From NCBI GenBank assembly GCA_944386645.1, contig CALXBW010000001.1:8947-72946 (forward strand): a stretch of DNA of 64,000 nt, read 5' to 3'. The notes beneath the pieces are model-generated. The model was not told the DNA's origin and did no database searches. It was given only the letters and a program-made list of their open reading frames with translations. Both the position numbers and the translations under genes were made by a program. The stretch is from an uncultured Clostridia bacterium (lineage in GTDB: Bacteria > Bacillota > Clostridia > TANB77 > CAG-508). Numbering within the stretch: position 1 is the first letter of the stretch; each line of letters opens with the position of its first letter. Positions 1 to 9,557 of this stretch are shown in pieces.

Positions 1-30
1 TCAAACATAAATACTTTTAATTATACAAGT

Positions 31-411
31 ATGCCACATAAATATGAAAATGAATATTTATATACATTTTTAATTTCACTATATCAAAGAATTTATTTAA
101 AGAATTTGTCCTTTAAATTTAGAAATATAGATAAATTACCCAAATATAGAAAAGATTTAAATCAATTTATAAAAAATATATGGTCAATAGAAATGACAAA
201 AGATGAAACAGGAACTTTACTCTACAATAATTGGAGACAAACTTTAGAAGTTGAAAATATATATTTAGAAGTAATGAATGTGTATGATAGGAAAACGAAA
301 CAAGAAGAAGAAGAAAAAAATAAGAAAGTTAATAAAGTACTTTGGATTATTGTTGTAATATGTTTAATAATAAATTTGATAGATTTTGCAATATTAATGT
401 CAATAAAGTAA
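31..411 (+). CDS. hypothetical protein with C-terminal TM helix; frame is open back to position 1, so it may be the 3' part of a longer gene starting outside the window
   Basis: ORF track 126 aa. No stop in this frame between positions 1 and 31. No recognisable domain. Confidence 0.3.
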   Translation: MPHKYENEYLYTFLISLYQRIYLKNLSFKFRNIDKLPKYRKDLNQFIKNIWSIEMTKDETGTLLYNNWRQTLEVENIYLEVMNVYDRKTKQEEEEKNKKVNKVLWIIVVICLIINLIDFAILMSIK

Positions 412-448
412 TAAAATTTATATTGTAATACTAGACAAGCAGAGTAAT

Positions 449-474
449 GTAGGGACGAACAGTGTTCGCCCGCC
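449..474. repeat. palindromic motif GTAGGGACGAACAGTGTTCGCCCGCC (family P, copy 1), ~50 nt upstream of acpS
   Basis: Near-identical copies at 2272-2296 and 13209-13238. Core is GAACA-G-TGTTC flanked by GGG/CCC. Confidence 0.5.
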
Positions 475-521
475 ATTCGAAGAAAAATACATAATATAAT
501 TAACAAAATAAGGAGAGAATA

Positions 522-896
522 ATGAATATAGCATGTGGAACAGATATTATAGAAATAGAAAGAATAAAAAAATCAATTGAATCTACGAATGGGAGATTTG
601 TAAAAGAAATATATACAGAAAAAGAAATAGAATATTGTGAAAGTAAGAGAAGACAAAAATATCAACATTATGCTGCAAGGTTTTCTGCAAAAGAAGCCGT
701 TTTTAAAGCATTAAGTGTTATTTTAGAAGATAAGTACAGCTTATCTTGGTTAGATGTGGAAATAATAAATGACAAAAATGGAAGACCTTGTATAAATTTT
801 ATTAATAAAAAATTTGATAAACTAATATCTATTGATATTAGTTTATCGCATTGCAAAGAATATGCTATTGCATATGTGGTTATGTCATATAAGTAA
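522..896 (+). CDS. acpS: holo-[acyl-carrier-protein] synthase (4'-phosphopantetheinyl transferase)
   Basis: 124 aa. N-terminal GTDIIEIERI motif typical of AcpS. RBS aaggaga upstream. Confidence 0.85.
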   Translation: MNIACGTDIIEIERIKKSIESTNGRFVKEIYTEKEIEYCESKRRQKYQHYAARFSAKEAVFKALSVILEDKYSLSWLDVEIINDKNGRPCINFINKKFDKLISIDISLSHCKEYAIAYVVMSYK

Positions 897-916
897 AATA
901 TAGGAGATATAGATAT

Positions 917-1684
917 ATGAATTTTTTTGATACACATGCTCATTATAATGATGAAAAGTTTGAAGAAGATAGAAATATCATAATAAGAGAAATAAAAGAA
1001 AATAATATAAAATATGTAACTGTAGTAGGATATAATATTGAATCATCTATAAAAGCAATAGAAATAGCGAATAAATATGATAATATATATGCAACAGTTG
1101 GAATTTCACCAAATGATTTAGATAGTCAAATAGATTTAGAAAAAATAGAAAGTTTAGCACAAGATAAAAAAGTTGTTGCAATAGGAGAAATTGGATTAGA
1201 CTATTATTGGAATAAAGAAAATAAAGATTTACAAAAAGATATATTTGTAAAACAGATAGAAATAGCCAATAAAATGGATTTACCTATTTCAATACACACA
1301 AGAGAAGCGGTATATGATACTTTAGAAGTATTAAAAAATAGGATAAAAGTTAAAAATAGTGGTATATTCCATTGTTGCCCATTAAATATAGAATTAATAA
1401 AAGAAGCTGTAAAATTAGGATTTTATATATCTTTTTCAGGAAATGTTACATTCAAGAATTCTAAAAATGCAAATAAATGTATAGAAGCAGTTCCAATAGA
1501 TAAATTATTAATAGAAACAGATAGTCCATATATGACACCAGAACCTTATAGAGGAAAGAGGAATAATTCTATATATGTAAAATTAGTAGCACAAAAAATA
1601 GCTGAAGTAAGAAATATGGAGCTAGAAGATATTGCTAAAATTACATTAGAGAATGCAAAAAGAGTTTATAAAATAGTAGATTAG
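917..1684 (+). CDS. TatD-family metal-dependent hydrolase/DNase
   Basis: 255 aa. N-terminal FDTHAHY motif and size typical of TatD/YabD. RBS taggaga. Confidence 0.85.
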   Translation: MNFFDTHAHYNDEKFEEDRNIIIREIKENNIKYVTVVGYNIESSIKAIEIANKYDNIYATVGISPNDLDSQIDLEKIESLAQDKKVVAIGEIGLDYYWNKENKDLQKDIFVKQIEIANKMDLPISIHTREAVYDTLEVLKNRIKVKNSGIFHCCPLNIELIKEAVKLGFYISFSGNVTFKNSKNANKCIEAVPIDKLLIETDSPYMTPEPYRGKRNNSIYVKLVAQKIAEVRNMELEDIAKITLENAKRVYKIVD

Positions 1685-1714
1685 TACATTTTATGGATAC
1701 TCTTAGTTTACTTG

Positions 1715-1833
1715 AAAAAAAATCTAATGTACTTTTTATTTGTAACTCCCAGCATCGCACAGTCTGTAAAACAGACTATAAGCTTGCTGGTTCCCACGAA
1801 TTGTTACTATATAAAAAGTACATTAGATTTTTT
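1715..1833 (+). repeat. 66-nt conserved core (1742-1807, GTAACTCCCAGC...CGAATTGTTAC) sitting at the apex of a perfect ~22-bp AT-rich inverted repeat; family R copy 1, directly 3' of tatD
   Basis: Core is >90% identical to 3225-3290 and to the reverse complement of 5463-5559. Flanking arms aaaaaatctaatgtactttttat / ataaaaagtacattagatttttt are perfectly complementary and unique to this copy. Confidence 0.6.
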
Positions 1834-1923
1834 CTACATATATCCATGTAATACATTATGTACATTAATGATATTAAAAGAATAAAATATAATGAGGTAT
1901 CAAAAAATAAAGGAAGTGATTAC

Positions 1924-2175
1924 ATGGAAATAACAGTAGCTGTTGTAATAATGGCTATTACGCTAGTTGCAGGACAGATAACTAAATTAACAAAATTAGA
2001 TAATAAATGGATACCATTGCAAAACTTAATAATAGCAATAGTTTCAAGTATTGTTTGTATAATATTTAAAGTACAAAATATGGATGTTTTAGAAACAATA
2101 ATAACATGTATATTTGGTTCGATGTCTGCAGGTGGAATATCTGATATGAAAAATATTATAAATAAAGAAAAGTAG
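1924..2175 (+). CDS. small two-TM membrane protein, holin-like
   Basis: ORF track gives 1858 as start, but the RBS aaaggaagtga precedes the ATG at 1924. Product is 84 aa with two hydrophobic segments and a charged C-terminus. Confidence 0.35.
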   Translation: MEITVAVVIMAITLVAGQITKLTKLDNKWIPLQNLIIAIVSSIVCIIFKVQNMDVLETIITCIFGSMSAGGISDMKNIINKEK

Positions 2176-2271
2176 TGTCAATCAATAATCATATTTTTTA
2201 ATTATTGGAGAAATGTAATATTTAATAATAGAGAGTATTTATATATTTTAGTAAACTTTAATAATAGGATT

Positions 2272-2296
2272 GTAGGGGAGAACAGTGTTCGCCCGT
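2272..2296. repeat. palindromic motif GTAGGGGAGAACAGTGTTCGCCCG (family P, copy 2), ~135 nt upstream of the gene at 2430
   Basis: Same core as 449-474 and 13209-13238. Confidence 0.5.
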
Positions 2297-2429
2297 TTCT
2301 GATAAAATACCTAATGACAAGGTTACACATGTTGAATATTATGTAAAATAGTGATAAAATAAAAGTATACTGATTTATATTTTTACTCAGCCACAAATGT
2401 GGCTAATAACAAAAGAAAGGGTGTCAATA

Positions 2430-3116
2430 ATGACAAACGAAAAAAACAAAAGAAGATTTATGTCAAACTACCAGGGAGAAATGTCTAAGGACGGTACTCC
2501 ACGGTACTATACTAATGAGCAGGTAGAAGAGGAAAATAAAAAGAAAGGAGGTAATGCTTATCAAAGCATACTAGTTTTAATACTAGTAGGGTTATTTATT
2601 TTTGGTTTGCCTTCTTTAATTGGAGGATATCATTTAGGGCAAAAAAATATGAAAGACAGACTGGATAAAAAAGTTGTTCAGACTGAGCAGGTTGCTCAGC
2701 AAAAAGAACAAGTTGCAGAGAAAAAGCAGCAAGATGCTGCGGACAAAGATGCTAGAAATAGCATTTTGCTGGCAACACTTGCAAAACAAGATGAGGAAAT
2801 ATTTAAGCTAAAGCAATATAAATTTATTGAAGAGGCTAATAATAATCCTCAAATTGTAATATACTTTAATGCAAAAGATTCATTAAAGTATGCAGAAAAA
2901 ATATTTAAAGATAGTGGTTTTAACACCAAGATCTTTGAACAAGATGAAGTTGCAGCATATGTAGAAAAACTACAATCCACTGCTACTTCAAATACAACTA
3001 CAAAAAAATCTGCTGCTGATATAAAATCATCAAGGTTTGCTTTGGTTGTATCATCTGGTGATTTGACTTATGTTAAATTAAACCAAAATATCAAAGAATG
3101 TTTACTTGTTGAGTAA
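2430..3116 (+). CDS. bitopic membrane protein (short cytoplasmic N-terminus, one TM, Gln/Lys-rich extracellular domain); atypical codon usage
   Basis: ORF 2397-3116; the RBS aaagggtg supports the ATG at 2430. Locally higher GC and use of CTG/CAG/GCG/CGG codons that the neighbours avoid. Confidence 0.5.
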   Translation: MTNEKNKRRFMSNYQGEMSKDGTPRYYTNEQVEEENKKKGGNAYQSILVLILVGLFIFGLPSLIGGYHLGQKNMKDRLDKKVVQTEQVAQQKEQVAEKKQQDAADKDARNSILLATLAKQDEEIFKLKQYKFIEEANNNPQIVIYFNAKDSLKYAEKIFKDSGFNTKIFEQDEVAAYVEKLQSTATSNTTTKKSAADIKSSRFALVVSSGDLTYVKLNQNIKECLLVE

Positions 3117-3198
3117 ATGTTAAAAAATAAGGAAATGGGTATTGTACCCATTTCCTTATTTTGGAGTAAATATTAATAAGTTATTCACATTTATATCA

Positions 3199-3316
3199 AG
3201 AAAAAACTAATATATTTTTTATTTGTAACTCCCAGCTTCACACAGTCTGTAAAACAGACTGTAAGCTTGCTGGTCCCCACGAATTGTTACTTCATAAAAA
3301 ATATATTAGTTTTTTC
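3199..3316 (+). repeat. family R copy 2: 66-nt core (3225-3290) at the apex of a different perfect AT-rich inverted repeat, 3' of the gene ending at 3116
   Basis: Arms gaaaaaactaatatattttttat / ataaaaaatatattagttttttc. Core differs from copy 1 at ~5 positions. Confidence 0.6.
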
Positions 3317-3440
3317 TTGATAACAAAGTAAAAAAATTATGTCTGCTTTACAAAAAATGCTAAATATAGTAAAATATTAGTGCAATTATAGAATATAACT
3401 ATATTTTATGAGCTATAAAATATGAATAGAGGTAACATCT

Positions 3441-4769
3441 ATGGCAAACTTAAAAATAAAAGAACTTACAAAAGAAAATGAGGAAAAATACTTAGATAAA
3501 GTTGCACAGCTAGAAAAAATAGTGTTAGCAGCAATGGAGAAGGATGGAAAAATAGGACAATTATTTATTACTGGAAAAGAGGACATATCTGAATATGTAC
3601 ATTCAAAACAAAACACTGTAATGATAGCAGTAGATAGTAATGAAAATGTTCAATCTGCAACATACATTACACAAGGACAAAAGGCTTTCACATATAATGA
3701 TATTACAAAATATTTTAAGTATGGGGAGGGGTATAAGAAGTATGTGAAATCTTTATATGCTAATGAAAATGAATATAAGAATGATATGCTTGAGGTATAT
3801 AAAGTAAAACTAAAAGCATATAAATATGCTAAAGGAAAAATATTAAATGAACATCCAGAGTTTTCAAATGATATTTTAAGTTTTCTAGAGCATGAATTAA
3901 AAGAAGAAAATAATCATTTTCATGAAAAAAGTATACTTAGAGAAGATTTTAATAAGTATATGTCAGAGTATATAGAGAATATGCAAGAATCAAGTATAAA
4001 GGAGAAATACGAAAAATTTTATTGGACAAATGCAGAAGATATATCAAAAGAATTTGGAAAAACAATAGATATAAATAAAATAAAAAACAGTGATATAAAA
4101 GAATATGAGAAATCTATGAAATTACAAGAGGAATATGAATATAATAAAATATTACAAAATTCTAAAATAGTAATTCATGAAAAACCAGAATTTGAAATAG
4201 AAAAATACTATAATGCAAATACACAAAATGCAGTAGAAATAGACACATATATTACAAATCCAAATGCAAGACATGCAGGATTAGCAAGAATTCTAGTATA
4301 TGAAGGAATAAAAAAACAAATGAAAAAGCATTTCAACAATGATGCTAGTAAAGAAATTTATTTATGTTCAACTCTACATAGAGAAAATTTATCTTCTAAA
4401 TATGTATCTGAATTTTTCGGCTTAAAAGATAGTCTATATGTAAAAAGAAGAGATGGAAGAGATAGAGAAGTACATATATGTAAAATAGAAAGACAAAATG
4501 TAGATGAATATTTAAACAAAATACAAGATAAACTTATTGTATTATACAATTATAATCCAGAAAATAAGAAGATTTCACAAGAAAGAAAAGAAGACATAAT
4601 AAAAGAGCAAATAGAATATGAGAAAAATGAATTAAAAAGAATACAAGGATATTCGAAGAATACAAATAATAAATACTTTGGAAATATCAAAGATACAGAA
4701 AGTAAAATTAGAAAGATAAATAGATTAAATAATATGTTAAATAAAAATAAAGAGGAGTTGGAAAGATAA
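3441..4769 (+). CDS. hypothetical protein with GNAT-acetyltransferase-like N- and central motifs (…NARHAGLARIL…) and a Lys/Glu-rich coiled-coil C-terminus
   Basis: 442 aa. RBS agaggtaa. An R-x-x-G-x-A motif resembling GNAT motif A. Stop overlaps the start of the next gene. Confidence 0.45.
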   Translation: MANLKIKELTKENEEKYLDKVAQLEKIVLAAMEKDGKIGQLFITGKEDISEYVHSKQNTVMIAVDSNENVQSATYITQGQKAFTYNDITKYFKYGEGYKKYVKSLYANENEYKNDMLEVYKVKLKAYKYAKGKILNEHPEFSNDILSFLEHELKEENNHFHEKSILREDFNKYMSEYIENMQESSIKEKYEKFYWTNAEDISKEFGKTIDINKIKNSDIKEYEKSMKLQEEYEYNKILQNSKIVIHEKPEFEIEKYYNANTQNAVEIDTYITNPNARHAGLARILVYEGIKKQMKKHFNNDASKEIYLCSTLHRENLSSKYVSEFFGLKDSLYVKRRDGRDREVHICKIERQNVDEYLNKIQDKLIVLYNYNPENKKISQERKEDIIKEQIEYEKNELKRIQGYSKNTNNKYFGNIKDTESKIRKINRLNNMLNKNKEELER

Positions 4770-5372
4770 ATGGAAGAAAAAAGCGAATACATATGGCCTA
4801 TAGAGCCAAAATATAAAGTTGCAGAACATGATAAATATGGTATAAGAAAAAATCATTATGTGTTATTTAAAGAAAGACAACATTCTGGTTTTGATATAAC
4901 AGCAGATATTGGAACAAAAGTACATCCTATATCAGAAGGAGTTGTATTATTAGCTGAGTTCGATGGTACTACAACAGAAGGATATGATGCTTTTAATGAT
5001 GGCTATGGAAATAAAGTAGAAATATTAAACGATGATGGAAGAAGAGTTGTATATGGACATTTAAGGGAGTTCTATGTAAAACCAGGAGATAGAGTAACAA
5101 AAGATACTGTAATAGGAATAACAGGAACAAGTGGAGGATCAAGAGTACCACATTTACACTTGGAAATTCGAAAAAGTAATACAGAAGAAACAGGACTTAA
5201 ATATACAATAAATCCATTAGATTTATTACCAAAAATAGATTTAAATAAATTAGATAAAGAATTTAAAGAAGAACCATATGCTAGTTTATGGAAAATCCTC
5301 GTTTCAGATAACCCATGGGGATTTACAAAAGCAGATATACCATACTCTGAGGATAAAAACATAATAAGATAA
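4770..5372 (+). CDS. M23-family (LytM/lysostaphin-like) metallopeptidase, no signal peptide
   Basis: HSGFDI (HxGxD), GYGNKVEI…YGHL and PHLHLE (HxH) motifs. Translationally coupled to the upstream gene. Confidence 0.8.
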   Translation: MEEKSEYIWPIEPKYKVAEHDKYGIRKNHYVLFKERQHSGFDITADIGTKVHPISEGVVLLAEFDGTTTEGYDAFNDGYGNKVEILNDDGRRVVYGHLREFYVKPGDRVTKDTVIGITGTSGGSRVPHLHLEIRKSNTEETGLKYTINPLDLLPKIDLNKLDKEFKEEPYASLWKILVSDNPWGFTKADIPYSEDKNIIR

Positions 5373-5437
5373 AAAGAATCTCACTATGAGATTCTTTTTA
5401 TCTTATTATGTTTTTAATTAGTTTCAAAATATTATGG

Positions 5438-5585
5438 AAAAATCAAATGTAATTTTTGTGCAGTAACAATTCGTGGGGACCAGCAAGCTTACAGTCTGTT
5501 ATAAAAAATATTTAAATTATTTAGTATTATTTTACAGACTGTGCGCTACTGGGAGTTACAAATAAAAATTCACATTTGATTTTTG
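5438..5585 (-). repeat. family R copy 3 (inverted orientation): core 5463-5559 with its central hairpin loop expanded by ~35 nt of AT-rich sequence, again inside a locus-specific inverted repeat
   Basis: Reverse complement matches the cores of copies 1 and 2. Arms aaaaatcaaatgtaattttt / aaaaattcacatttgattttt. Sits between the convergent M23 and htpX genes. Confidence 0.6.
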
Positions 5586-5596
5586 TTAAGAGACGT

Positions 5597-6490
5597 TTAT
5601 TTAATATTTCTTAAAGCTTCTATTCTAGCTTCAATTGGAGGGTGTGTTGAGAACCAATCTGTTTTTCTCTTTTTACCCTCTTTATTTTTAAATGGATTAG
5701 CAATATACATATGTGAAGTAGATTCATTTGCATATTGTAATTCATTTGTATCTTGACTTATTTTTTCAAGAGCTGATATCAATCCTTGAGGATTTCTTGT
5801 GAATTCTACAGCAGTTGCGTCTGCTAAAAATTCTCTTCTTCTTGAAATTGCAAGTTGAATTAATTTTGAAAATATAGGTGATAATACTAAAAGAACTAAT
5901 CCAATAATCATAATTATAGGATTACTATTTCTATTGTCTTCTTTTTCACCAACACCCCAAAATAATGCTCTTGAACATAAATCTGCTAACATTACTACAA
6001 GTCCTACCATAACTGTAACAACAGCTGATAAGCGTATATCATAATTTTTTATATGTGCAAGTTCATGAGCTACAACGCCTTCAAGTTCGTAATAATCTAA
6101 TTTTTCTAAAAGTCCAGTTGTAACACATATAACAGAATGTTTAGGATTTCTACCAGTTGCAAAAGCATTTTCTTGCTCAGAATCCATAACATATAGTTTT
6201 GGTTTATCTTCCATACCTGCTGCAACAATTAAAGAATCTAAAATATTAACTAGTTTTTTATCTTCTTCAGGTGTTGCTGGTCTTGCATGATTCATAGATA
6301 AAATTATTTTATCTGAATTATAGTAAGATGCCCAAGCAGAAATTATTGAAAAAGCAAGAGCAATTATGATTGAATATGGCCCAAAATCAAAATAAGTACA
6401 AATATAATATATAATTAAAGTAATTACTATTATAAATATAGATACAATTAAGCCTGTTTTCATTTTATTTTTCTTAATATCTTCAAACAT
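5597..6490 (-). CDS. htpX: zinc metalloprotease HtpX (M48 family)
   Basis: 297 aa. HELAHIKNYD (HEXXH) motif, N-terminal TM helices, C-terminal HtpX-like region. Confidence 0.85.
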   Translation of the reverse strand: MFEDIKKNKMKTGLIVSIFIIVITLIIYYICTYFDFGPYSIIIALAFSIISAWASYYNSDKIILSMNHARPATPEEDKKLVNILDSLIVAAGMEDKPKLYVMDSEQENAFATGRNPKHSVICVTTGLLEKLDYYELEGVVAHELAHIKNYDIRLSAVVTVMVGLVVMLADLCSRALFWGVGEKEDNRNSNPIIMIIGLVLLVLSPIFSKLIQLAISRRREFLADATAVEFTRNPQGLISALEKISQDTNELQYANESTSHMYIANPFKNKEGKKRKTDWFSTHPPIEARIEALRNIK

Positions 6491-6516
6491 ATTTATACCT
6501 CTTACTTAAAAATAGA

Positions 6517-7074
6517 TTAACTATTAAAATCTACTTTTATATTCTTTTTAATTTCTTCGTTTTCTACTTCAAATAATTCTTTAGGTTTAAATTTGAACAT
6601 TGATGCAATAATATTTGTTGGAACTGTTTCTAATTTTGTATTATATATTGTTACACTGTCATTATAAAATTGTCTTGAAAAAGAAATTTTATTTTCTGTG
6701 TTTCTTAATTCTTCTTGTAATTCTGAAAAGTTTTGGCTTGCTTTTAAATCTGGATAACCTTCTGCAACAGCCATAATACTTTTTAATGATTCGCTTAATT
6801 TATTATCTAAATTTGCTTTTTCACCAACTGTAGTTGCATCTGCCCATGAATTTCTTAATTCTGTAACTTTAGTTAAAACATCTCTTTCATGTTGCATATA
6901 TCCTTTTACAGTTTCTATAAGATTTGGAATTAAATCAAATCTTCTTTGTAATTGTACATCAATTTGAGCCCATGCATTTTCTACTTTTTGTCTTGCTTGA
7001 ACTAAACCATTGTACAAAGCTATAAGAACAACAACTAAAATTACAATAATTGCAATTATAATTAATGCTGTCAT
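6517..7074 (-). CDS. lemA: LemA-family membrane protein
   Basis: 185 aa. N-terminal TM followed by the conserved LemA region ([20 protein letters not shown]…); the adjacent htpX gene is a frequent LemA neighbour in Firmicutes. Confidence 0.85.
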   Translation of the reverse strand: MTALIIIAIIVILVVVLIALYNGLVQARQKVENAWAQIDVQLQRRFDLIPNLIETVKGYMQHERDVLTKVTELRNSWADATTVGEKANLDNKLSESLKSIMAVAEGYPDLKASQNFSELQEELRNTENKISFSRQFYNDSVTIYNTKLETVPTNIIASMFKFKPKELFEVENEEIKKNIKVDFNS

Positions 7075-7271
7075 ATTATTCCTCCTTATTATTTATTTCA
7101 AGTATTATAATAACATATTTTATTTAATTCTACAATAAATATGTGTACTTTTTGTGTTTTTTTAATTATCAAGTTGTAAATAAGGGTAACAGTTCATTAT
7201 ATATTGAAAAAAAATGCTATAAATGGTATAATTAAATAGGAATATTTTAATTATAGAAAGACGGTGAATTT

Positions 7272-8114
7272 ATGGATAAAAGATATTATATATATTTAGC
7301 AATAGTTATTATTTGTATTATAGCTATTGGAATAGGTGTTTATGCGCAAATATTTTATCCAAATTCTGAAAATGATGCTTTAATGATTGGAAAAGACAAT
7401 AGTGCTATAATACAAGCAAATGAAGCAGAAGAGCAAGCAAAGAATAAATTTAATACAATGTTTACAAATACATTAGAATATACTACTCAGAATATAGCTA
7501 ATAAAGCAGTAAGAAGATATGCAAATAAAGATTTAGTTTATACATCAAACCAATATATAAAAGAGGAAAAAGATAAATATGAGTTAAATGTAAATATTCC
7601 ATATTTAAATATAGTAAGTGATAATGCAGATAAAATAAATACACAAATAGAGCAGATTTTTGTTAGTAAATTATCTCAAATAGTTTCAGCACAACAAATC
7701 GATTATACAATTTATAACATTGACTATGTTGCTTATGTAAATTCTAATATAATTTCATTAGCTATAAAAGCAACTTTAAAAGAAGGAAATAATCCTCAAA
7801 GAGTGATAATTACTACATATAATTATAATACAGATAATGGAAATATAGTTGCATTAGATGAATTGTTAAGTTTAAAGCAAATTAATAAAACATCATTACA
7901 AAGTAAGATAAACAAAGAGATAGAAGAAAAAAGTAAAAATTCAGAAGATTTAAGCAATATAGGATATTCAGTTTATAAAAGAAATCCAGATGATAATATG
8001 TATAAAATAGAAAATACAAGTACATATTTTTTAGCTGACAATGGATACATATATATTGTATATCCATATGGTAATAATAATAATACTAGTGAATATGATT
8101 TAATAGTATGCTAG
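7272..8114 (+). CDS. membrane-anchored protein, RsiV-like DUF4163/DUF3298 extracellular domains (putative)
   Basis: 280 aa. N-terminal TM. Central and C-terminal segments resemble the DUF4163/DUF3298 architecture. Confidence 0.45.
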   Translation: MDKRYYIYLAIVIICIIAIGIGVYAQIFYPNSENDALMIGKDNSAIIQANEAEEQAKNKFNTMFTNTLEYTTQNIANKAVRRYANKDLVYTSNQYIKEEKDKYELNVNIPYLNIVSDNADKINTQIEQIFVSKLSQIVSAQQIDYTIYNIDYVAYVNSNIISLAIKATLKEGNNPQRVIITTYNYNTDNGNIVALDELLSLKQINKTSLQSKINKEIEEKSKNSEDLSNIGYSVYKRNPDDNMYKIENTSTYFLADNGYIYIVYPYGNNNNTSEYDLIVC

Positions 8115-8152
8115 AAAATAAAATTAAATATTACTATGTAATATATTTATAT

Positions 8153-8186
8153 AAAAAAACACAGACTACAAAAAGTCTGTGTTTTA
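8153..8186. terminator. bidirectional rho-independent terminator between the 7272 gene (+) and htrA (-)
   Basis: Hairpin cacagact-acaaaa-agtctgtg flanked by an A-run on one side and a T-run on the other. Confidence 0.5.
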
Positions 8187-8345
8187 AAATAAAAAGGGGA
8201 TGTTTTTTATTTTAAATACCAATTTTAATTGGTTCTTTTATATAATACAAATAAATTATGTTCATTTTGTGAATTTAATGTGATAAAAACGAAAAAAATT
8301 AGATTATCAAATATTTTATTTAATAATCTAATTTTTTGATTTTAA

Positions 8346-9557
8346 CTAAGGTTGTTCAGCCAAAGTTAAAGATAATTCCATTTCCTGCCCATCTCTAATA
8401 ATTTTTAAAGTAATAGTATCACCTATATTATGTTTGAATTTAATTTCATTTAATTCATCCATATTTTTAACATCTTGACCATCAATTTGAATTATGACAT
8501 CACCTATTTTGAAGCCAGCTTTTTCAGCAGGAGAGAAATTTTCTACAGATTGTACATAAATACCTTGAGGTATATTATAATACTTTGATTTTTGCTCATC
8601 AACATCAATACCTGTTAAACCAATATAAGGTCTTTTAACTTTGTTGTATTGTATCAATTGAGAATAAATATCTTTTACAGAATTAATAGGAATTGCAAAT
8701 CCCATTCCTTCTACACCTGTTGCAGATAATTTTAAAGTATTAATACCTATAACTTGACCTTGACTGTTTACTAATGCTCCACCACTATTACCAGAGTTTA
8801 TTGCTGCATCTGTTTGAATATAAGTACCAGTTTTTCCATCAGAATCTGTAAGCTCTCTATTTATAGCACTTATATTACCACATGTTATACTGCTTTGCAT
8901 TCCAAGAGGATTACCAACAGCCATTGCAAATGCACCAACTTGAACTGAGTCTGAATCTCCAAGTTCAGCTGGAGTTAAACCAGTTTTATCAATTTTAATT
9001 ACAGCGATATCTGTTAATTCATCTTGACCTACTATTGTAGCAGGGTATGCAGTTGAATCATTATATAAATATACATTTATTTGAGTAGCTTGTGTAATTT
9101 GGTAAAATGAATTTTCAGAAGATGAACTAACAACATGATTATTTGTTAATATATAACCATCTTCACTAATAATAATTCCTGAACCACTAGCTTCTGCTGA
9201 ACCACTTTGACCAAATATAGAATTTACAGAATATTTTATTTCTATTCCTACAATTGAAGGTAAAATTTTATTTGCTACACTAATAGATGTATCTTCATAA
9301 TTTGAAAGAGAAACTAAATTTAAATTTGGATCAGAAGTTGAGCTAGAATTTGTACCTGCATTAGCAGTTGTAGCTACCTCTGTTTTAAATAAATTTTCTC
9401 TAATTTGTGGAACACCAAAACATGTTCCAACAACTAATACGGCTCCTATAACACCAGATAAAAATGGAATTGCTACACTATGTCCAAAAGATGTTTGCCT
9501 TTTTTCTTCTTTATAAAAATTATCTACTTTTCTATAAGATTTATCATTATCACTCAT
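8346..9557 (-). CDS. htrA: HtrA/DegP-family trypsin-like serine protease with C-terminal PDZ domain, N-terminal membrane anchor
   Basis: 403 aa. Motifs TNNHVV (His), TDAAINSGNSGGALVN (Ser) and a PDZ-like C-terminus. Confidence 0.85.
   Translation of the reverse strand: MSDNDKSYRKVDNFYKEEKRQTSFGHSVAIPFLSGVIGAVLVVGTCFGVPQIRENLFKTEVATTANAGTNSSSTSDPNLNLVSLSNYEDTSISVANKILPSIVGIEIKYSVNSIFGQSGSAEASGSGIIISEDGYILTNNHVVSSSSENSFYQITQATQINVYLYNDSTAYPATIVGQDELTDIAVIKIDKTGLTPAELGDSDSVQVGAFAMAVGNPLGMQSSITCGNISAINRELTDSDGKTGTYIQTDAAINSGNSGGALVNSQGQVIGINTLKLSATGVEGMGFAIPINSVKDIYSQLIQYNKVKRPYIGLTGIDVDEQKSKYYNIPQGIYVQSVENFSPAEKAGFKIGDVIIQIDGQDVKNMDELNEIKFKHNIGDTITLKIIRDGQEMELSLTLAEQP

Noticed and set aside
449-474. 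Interpreting the GAACAGTGTTCG palindrome as a LexA (Cheo) SOS box
   Set aside because: Spacing is GAAC-N3-GTTC, not GAAC-N4-GTTC. None of the downstream genes are typical SOS genes.
222-943. Minus-strand ORFs 222-506 and 668-943
   Set aside because: They overlap the 31-411 ORF and acpS/tatD on the opposite strand. Low-complexity antisense translations without RBS.
1742-1807. Interpreting the 66-nt repeat core as a tRNA or tRNA-like gene
   Set aside because: No T-loop (GTTCRA), no anticodon stem-loop geometry and no acceptor stem of 7 bp. The terminal GTAAC/GTTAC pairing is only 5 bp.
1858-1923. ORF-track start at 1858 for the holin-like gene
   Set aside because: No RBS at 1858. A good RBS precedes the ATG at 1924, and the extra 22 residues (MYINDIKRIKYNEVSKNKGSDY) are hydrophilic, poorly fitting a small two-TM holin-like protein.
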